Origin: Macrostomum lignano | Taxonomy: Eukaryota | Direction: 5' to 3' | NCBI GenBank assembly: GCA_002269645.1 | Contig: NIVC01000439.1 | Coordinates: 1 to 62,338 of the forward strand | Length of the DNA stretch: 62,338 nucleotides | Part shown: positions 58,730 through 62,338 of the stretch, in pieces | Layout of the letters: the number at the start of each line of letters is the position of its first letter | Numbering within the stretch: the first letter of the stretch is position 1 | Notes under the pieces: generated by a model | The model's database searches: none | The model's input: the letters and a program-made list of their open reading frames with translations, nothing else | What the model was told of the DNA's origin: nothing | Made by a program: the position numbers and the translations under genes

Positions 58730-58854
58730 GGTTCCGTACGCTTATGAAGCAGAACTTTTAATGTGCGAGCAGCTGAATTGACTATTTGCTGATGTTGATG
58801 TTGCTGATGATGATACAGCGGCTGCTGACGAACTCGATTCAAGTTTGATGTCAT
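46194..58854 (-). CDS. DEPDC5: DEPDC5 / Iml1, GATOR1 complex subunit, 11 exons, apparent 1-nt frameshift in exon 2
   Basis: Diagnostic motifs: [84 protein letters not shown] domain, C-terminal [27 protein letters not shown]. Confidence 0.96.
46878..47295. repeat. (GACA)n microsatellite, left flank of ankyrin cassette
   Basis: Direct observation. Confidence 0.96.
47771..47829 (+). promoter_or_regulatory. Putative promoter of nested ankyrin gene: reverse CCAAT box (TGATTGGCTA) and TATA-like TATAAG
   Basis: Motifs at 47771-47780 and 47824-47829, about 115 and 65 nt upstream of the ATG. Confidence 0.45.
47892..48803 (+). CDS. Intronless ankyrin-repeat protein (303 aa) nested antisense in DEPDC5 intron 10
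   Basis: About six 35-36 aa repeats with G-x-T-x-x-H-x-A-A cores ([27 protein letters not shown]); AATAAA at 49031. Confidence 0.88.
   Translation: METAAEALKRNLKVALETADSEELLRLSSRVKSNIDLTVGGYKDYRDEYWHQSLVHHVTCKPVSQSCLELLIDRLGPNCLTSKNQWGDTPVYYIARHQDDSWMKLVKRRCSRNCLRSTDRWGWTVAHFAATNERNNSCLKWLAKELGAQCLTVANLFGNTAVHFAAQHQGIESLDWISKQIGTSCFHTTGGSSDGTVVHIAAERPDNSMLKWLVSKLGRSCLTVPDANGDTAVHLAGRHQPVDSLQFMYNQLGEELFKLKNNDGETLADIVDNHCKQGRAAKLGWIHGTYLMLEEKALLAMDN
49130..50027. repeat. (GACA)n microsatellite, right flank of ankyrin cassette
   Basis: Direct observation. Confidence 0.96.
50038..50383 (-). CDS. DEPDC5: DEPDC5 exon 10
   Basis: [13 protein letters not shown]...[22 protein letters not shown]; phase 0-1. 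Confidence 0.9.
50480..51280. repeat. 14-bp minisatellite GGGACTTGAGCA(T/G)C
   Basis: About 55 copies. Confidence 0.94.
51306..51679 (-). CDS. DEPDC5: DEPDC5 exon 9 (DEP domain)
   Basis: [24 protein letters not shown]; phase 1-0. Confidence 0.9.
51815..52172 (-). CDS. DEPDC5: DEPDC5 exon 8
   Basis: [12 protein letters not shown]; phase 0-1. Confidence 0.87.
52200..52560. repeat. About 40-bp G-rich minisatellite (AGAGGGAGCGAGTGTACATTGGG...)
   Basis: About 8 copies. Confidence 0.85.
52566..53054 (-). CDS. DEPDC5: DEPDC5 exon 7
   Basis: [32 protein letters not shown]; 163 codons, |GTAAGT donor. Confidence 0.88.
53090..53420. repeat. About 57-bp repeat containing TCGATACATATCGGC
   Basis: About 6 copies. 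Confidence 0.85.
53439..53943 (-). CDS. DEPDC5: DEPDC5 exon 6
   Basis: [21 protein letters not shown]...PLSAEK; phase 2-0. Confidence 0.87.
54020..54336. repeat. 27-28 bp repeat AGAGAATCCAACAGGGGAATCCCC
   Basis: About 11 copies. Confidence 0.85.
54337..55007 (-). CDS. DEPDC5: DEPDC5 exon 5
   Basis: [25 protein letters not shown]; phase 0-2, donor GTGGTC. Confidence 0.85.
55300..55482. repeat. 23-bp repeat CAAGGTACCCCAATACCCACTGA
   Basis: About 6 copies plus decayed ones. Confidence 0.85.
55483..56063 (-). CDS. DEPDC5: DEPDC5 exon 4
   Basis: [10 protein letters not shown]...RLKVGSQ; TTAG| acceptor, CAG|GTGGGT donor, phase 1-0. Confidence 0.85.
56105..56363. repeat. About 30-bp repeat with CTCATTGGCCAGCCCACAC (CCAAT array)
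   Basis: About 9 copies. Confidence 0.9.
56364..57093 (-). CDS. DEPDC5: DEPDC5 exon 3
   Basis: [11 protein letters not shown]...; CGCAG| acceptor, |GTAAGT donor, phase 0-1. Confidence 0.93.
57168..57472. repeat. 30-bp minisatellite CACAGGTCATAGGGAACCGGCAGTCCATCA
   Basis: 10 copies. Confidence 0.95.
57525..57907 (-). CDS. DEPDC5: DEPDC5 exon 2 (383 nt, one base short of frame)
   Basis: [20 protein letters not shown] then, in a shifted frame, FVYRSTS..GDLYFEK. Confidence 0.88.
57935..58448. repeat. 28-33 bp repeat CCAGATACCAGACAGAACAG(C)n
   Basis: About 17 copies with variable C-runs. Confidence 0.93.
58456..58854 (-). CDS. DEPDC5: DEPDC5 exon 1
   Basis: ATG 58854, DDEVLVNP, poly-Q insert; CAG|GTTCGA donor; 133 codons. 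Confidence 0.9.
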
Positions 58855-58959
58855 TTTTATGGCTATTCAAATAAACATTAAATCGCAGTTTTGAACGATC
58901 AAAAACTTGTGAAGCTGAAAATTTTTTATTGACAATTTTGTCCTTCGTTTCTAGGAATA

Positions 58960-59570
58960 ATCAGGGGTCTCGGTCACGAGTAATCTGGGGTCTGGGTCAC
59001 GAGTGATCAGGAGTCTGGGTCACGAGTGATCAGGAGTCTGGGTCACGAGTGATCAGGAGTCTGGGTCACGAGTGATCAGGAGTCTGGGTCACGAGTGATC
59101 AGGAGTCTGGGTCACGAGTGATCAGGAGTCTGGGTCACGAGTGATCAGAAATCTGGGTCACGAGTGATCAGGAGTCTGGGTCACGAGTGATCAGGAGTCT
59201 GGGTCACGAGTGATCAGGAGTCTAGGTCACGAGTGATCAGGAGTCTGGGTCACGAGTGATCAAGAGTCTGGGTCACGAGTGATCAGGGGTCTGGGTCACA
59301 AGTGATCAGGAGTCTGGGTCACGAGTGATCAGGAGTCTAGGTCACGAGTGATCAGGGGTCTGGGTCACAAGTGATCAGGAGTCTGGGTCACGAGTGATCA
59401 GGGGTCTGGGTCACGAGTGATCAGGGTCTGGGTCACAAGTGATCAGGAGTCTGGGTCACGAGTGATCAGGGTCTGGGTCACGAGTGATCAGGAGTCTGGG
59501 TCACGAGTGATCAGGAGTCTAGGTCACGAGTGATCAGGGGTCTCGGTCACGAGTGATCAGAGGTCTGGTT
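58960..59570. repeat. 23-bp intergenic minisatellite GGGTCACGAGTGATCAGGAGTCT
   Basis: About 26 copies. Confidence 0.95.
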
Positions 59571-59844
59571 CAAAGGGTCAGGGCTATCCAGGAGTAGATA
59601 TAATTAGTTGAATATTTCAAATGAAAAAAATCGAAATCAATTTAATATTTCTGTTATCAAATGCAAAAAATGCCGTCTCATAGCGTTTAGCTTTGAATAT
59701 CAGCGTGTATATTTCAACATGATTATGATCAGTTTTGCATTTGCATACGTGCAATATATACACACACACTAATTCTCATTGACAGTACAAACCGTAAGCA
59801 TAAAGTTTGATGGGAGATACAGCATAAAATATATCCCTTGAAGA

Positions 59845-60240
59845 ATCAGGGATGGGGTAGCAGCCAGATGGAGGATCAGGGATAGGGTAGCAGCCAGATG
59901 GAGGATCAGGGATGGGGTAGCAGCCAGATGGAGGATCAGGGATGGGGTAGCAGCCAGATGGAGGATCAGGGATAGGGTAGCAGCCAGATGGAGGATCAGG
60001 GATGGGGTAGCGGCCAGATGGAGGATCAGGGATAGGGTAGCAGCCAGATGGAGGATCAGGGATGGGGTAGCGGCCAGATGGAGGATCAGGGATAGGGTAG
60101 CGGCCAGATGGAGGATCAGGGATAGGGTAGCAGCTAGATGGAGGATCAGGGATAGGGTAGCGGCCAGATGGAGGATCAGGGATAGGGTAGCGGCCAGATG
60201 GAGGATCAGGGATAGGGTAGCGGCCAGATGGAGGATGGGG
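59845..60240. repeat. 30-bp minisatellite GATCAGGGATAGGGTAGCAGCCAGATGGAG
   Basis: About 13 copies. Confidence 0.95.
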
Positions 60241-60271
60241 TGGGGTAACCACCAATCCCCTGAAGCAAGGC

Positions 60272-60858
60272 TCATCCCTTTAGCCCAGATTTGGGCCCTC
60301 CCGACGCCCCAGTCAACTTTTTCGCGGAGGCGGCCCGCTTGGCGGCGCGCGCCACATCGGCCTTGATGAAGTCCCGATCCTGACGCCAGGCGTCCAGAAA
60401 CTCGCCGTCATCGTCCAGCTTGGGCCGGGCGGCGAAGAAGTCCAGGCCGAGCTGCACCCCGGCACGCAGAGGATGGAACTCGGCATTGGAGGCTGCCGGA
60501 GGTCGCTGCAGCTGACGCTGCCGACCGGTCGCCGCCGCTGTCCCGTCGTCGTCCTCCTCCTCTCCAAGCCGACCGCCAGTTTGGGGAAATTCAACATCGG
60601 CAGATTCAACAATTTCGGCGTCCAAATCCAGATCGTCCTCGCCGAAGTCAAAGGCGAATGCGAACTTGGACCCGCCAGGTTCGTCGGGCCTGTTGATATC
60701 CAAGCCGGTTACTAGACCGTTGCTATGGACGCCAGACCCGTTGCTAGGGTTGTTGTTATTGCTGCTCTCACTACTATGCTTTTTGCTGTTAATTCGGCGC
60801 CGTTTTCGGCTGACATCATCAGCATCTGCCGCAGGCGCAGACGGCAGCTTGGACTTGT
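60272..60858 (-). CDS. Probable terminal coding exon of an upstream gene; weak resemblance to NOL8 C-terminus
   Basis: GC-rich ORF with acceptor CCACCACAG| at 60859-60860; FAFAFDFGEDD and W-x3-R-x2-I-x2-D..KRA recall the NOL8 C-terminus (memory only, not searched). Confidence 0.55.
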
Positions 60859-61214
60859 CTGTGGTGGCAGGCATGAATCCATTGAGTCACAAAATTTCTC
60901 ATTAATAATTGTTTTATTAAAGTATTAAAGTAAATTAAAGTACACAGAACTACTATTCTATACAATATTATTACTAGTGTTCCAATGTAGCTACGGCTAG
61001 ATGGGCTACGGCTACAGGATCTTACAGCAAATATGGTAAAAATAGGTAGGTGTCTACGGCAACACTACAGATACGCCTATGGTAGATAGCTGCTCTTACA
61101 ACTACGACTACGGAAATATGGTAGTTGTTGTCACATTCTGTAAGTGTTGTGCCCGGGTGCACTTGCACACCAATGAGCAACCTCTGGCTCTCGGTCAAGT
61201 GTGCCAGGCAACCA

Positions 61215-61755
61215 CCCCCATTCTGTTGGCGTCAACTCCCCATTCTGTCTGCGTCAACCCCCCATTCTGTTTGCGTCAACCTCCCCATTCTGTCTGCGTC
61301 AACCCCCCCATTCTGTCTGCGTCAACCCCCCCATTCTGTCTGCGCAACCCCCCCCATTCTGTCTGCGTCAACCCCCCATTCTGTCTGCGTCAACCCCCCC
61401 CCCCATTCTGTCTGCGTCAACCCCCTATTCTGTCTGCGTCAACCCCCCCCCCCATTCTGTTTGCGTCAACCCCCATTCTGTCTGCGTCAACCCCCCGCAT
61501 TCTGTCTGCGTCAACCCCCCCATTCTGTCTGCGTCAACCCCCATTCTGTTTGCGTCAACCCCCCCCCATTCTGTCTGCGTCAAGCCCCCCATTCTGTCTG
61601 CGTCAACCCCCCATTCTGTCTGCGTCAACCCCCCATTCTGTCTGCGTCAACCCCCATTCTGTCTGCGTCAACCCCCCCCCCCCATTCTGTTTGCGTCAAC
61701 CCCCCCCCCATTCTGTCTGCGTCAACCCCCCCATTCTTTTTTGCATCAACCCCCT
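61215..61755. repeat. 26-33 bp repeat CATTCTGTCTGCGTCAA(C)n
   Basis: About 20 copies. Confidence 0.93.
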
Positions 61756-61944
61756 CCAGTTGCACCCACCCCACTGTCTGTTATGCCAGCCGGCTTTGGC
61801 TGCTGCAGCTCCAGTGTGCCCCTGGCTTGCCCTGTGATTGGCTGGTGTCCAGCAATCGGTTTGTATTCTTTCCCCCTTCCAATTGCGACCCTGACTTTGT
61901 AACTTTTATAAGACAATTGTAATTTTGGCTAGCTGGGCCTGGTG

Positions 61945-62090
61945 TAGGCATTCCAATCCCGGGATCCTAGGATTTAGCCTGAAAACACGGGATTTCAATC
62001 CTGGGATTTTTTGGGACTTGAAATTTCAGGATTTATGATCCTCAGGATTACAACAGTGCAGGATTGGGATCCCGGGATTGTTTCGGGATT
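61945..62090. mobile_element. Possible end of a hAT-like element with ATCCCGGGAT subterminal repeats
   Basis: 14-bp IR CAATCCCGGGATCC (61954-61967 / 62067-62080) and many GGGAT(T/C) words; no TSD found. Confidence 0.3.
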
Positions 62091-62338
62091 CAAACTGATT
62101 TTAATTCTCTTTTTTTCAACTAATCATGTAAAATTGTGAAAAAAAGGTTCTACTTTAAAAATATAAAATAATTACAACTACAGCCTGCATGTCTGTATCG
62201 AAATCACACATAAAAAGCCAGCAAAATTTGTTACAGCAGTTTGTTAGCAGAAATTTTTTTTTGTTTTTGTAAGGTGTAATTTAATTTCACATGTTCCTCA
62301 GTTGCCTGATGTCTAAACACTGTAATGTGGCATTAAAC

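Overview
Eukaryotic (animal) genomic DNA with GC-rich exons and introns largely filled by minisatellites. The style resembles the flatworm Macrostomum, but that assignment is inference. Three co-directional minus-strand genes lie head to tail: (1) the probable last exon of an upstream gene, weakly NOL8-like (60272-60858); (2) a complete 11-exon DEPDC5/Iml1 (GATOR1) gene (46194-58854) with a 1-nt frameshift in exon 2; (3) HYDIN, from its start at 44494 through about 30 phase-consistent GT-AG exons to the left window edge (3' end outside the window). An intronless ankyrin-repeat gene (47892-48803, +) with its own CCAAT/TATA-like promoter is nested antisense in the last DEPDC5 intron, between two (GACA)n arrays. 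Most introns carry their own tandem repeat. In several, the first repeat unit starts at the splice donor GT, and some units carry splice signals (8x CAG|GTGAG; about 10x CACTAAC...AG). Several non-autonomous DNA transposons with clean TIRs/TSDs and two insertions flanked by long direct repeats were found. No rRNA, tRNA or CRISPR features. Most long ORFs in the supplied track are artefacts of stop-free repeats or antisense GC-rich exons.
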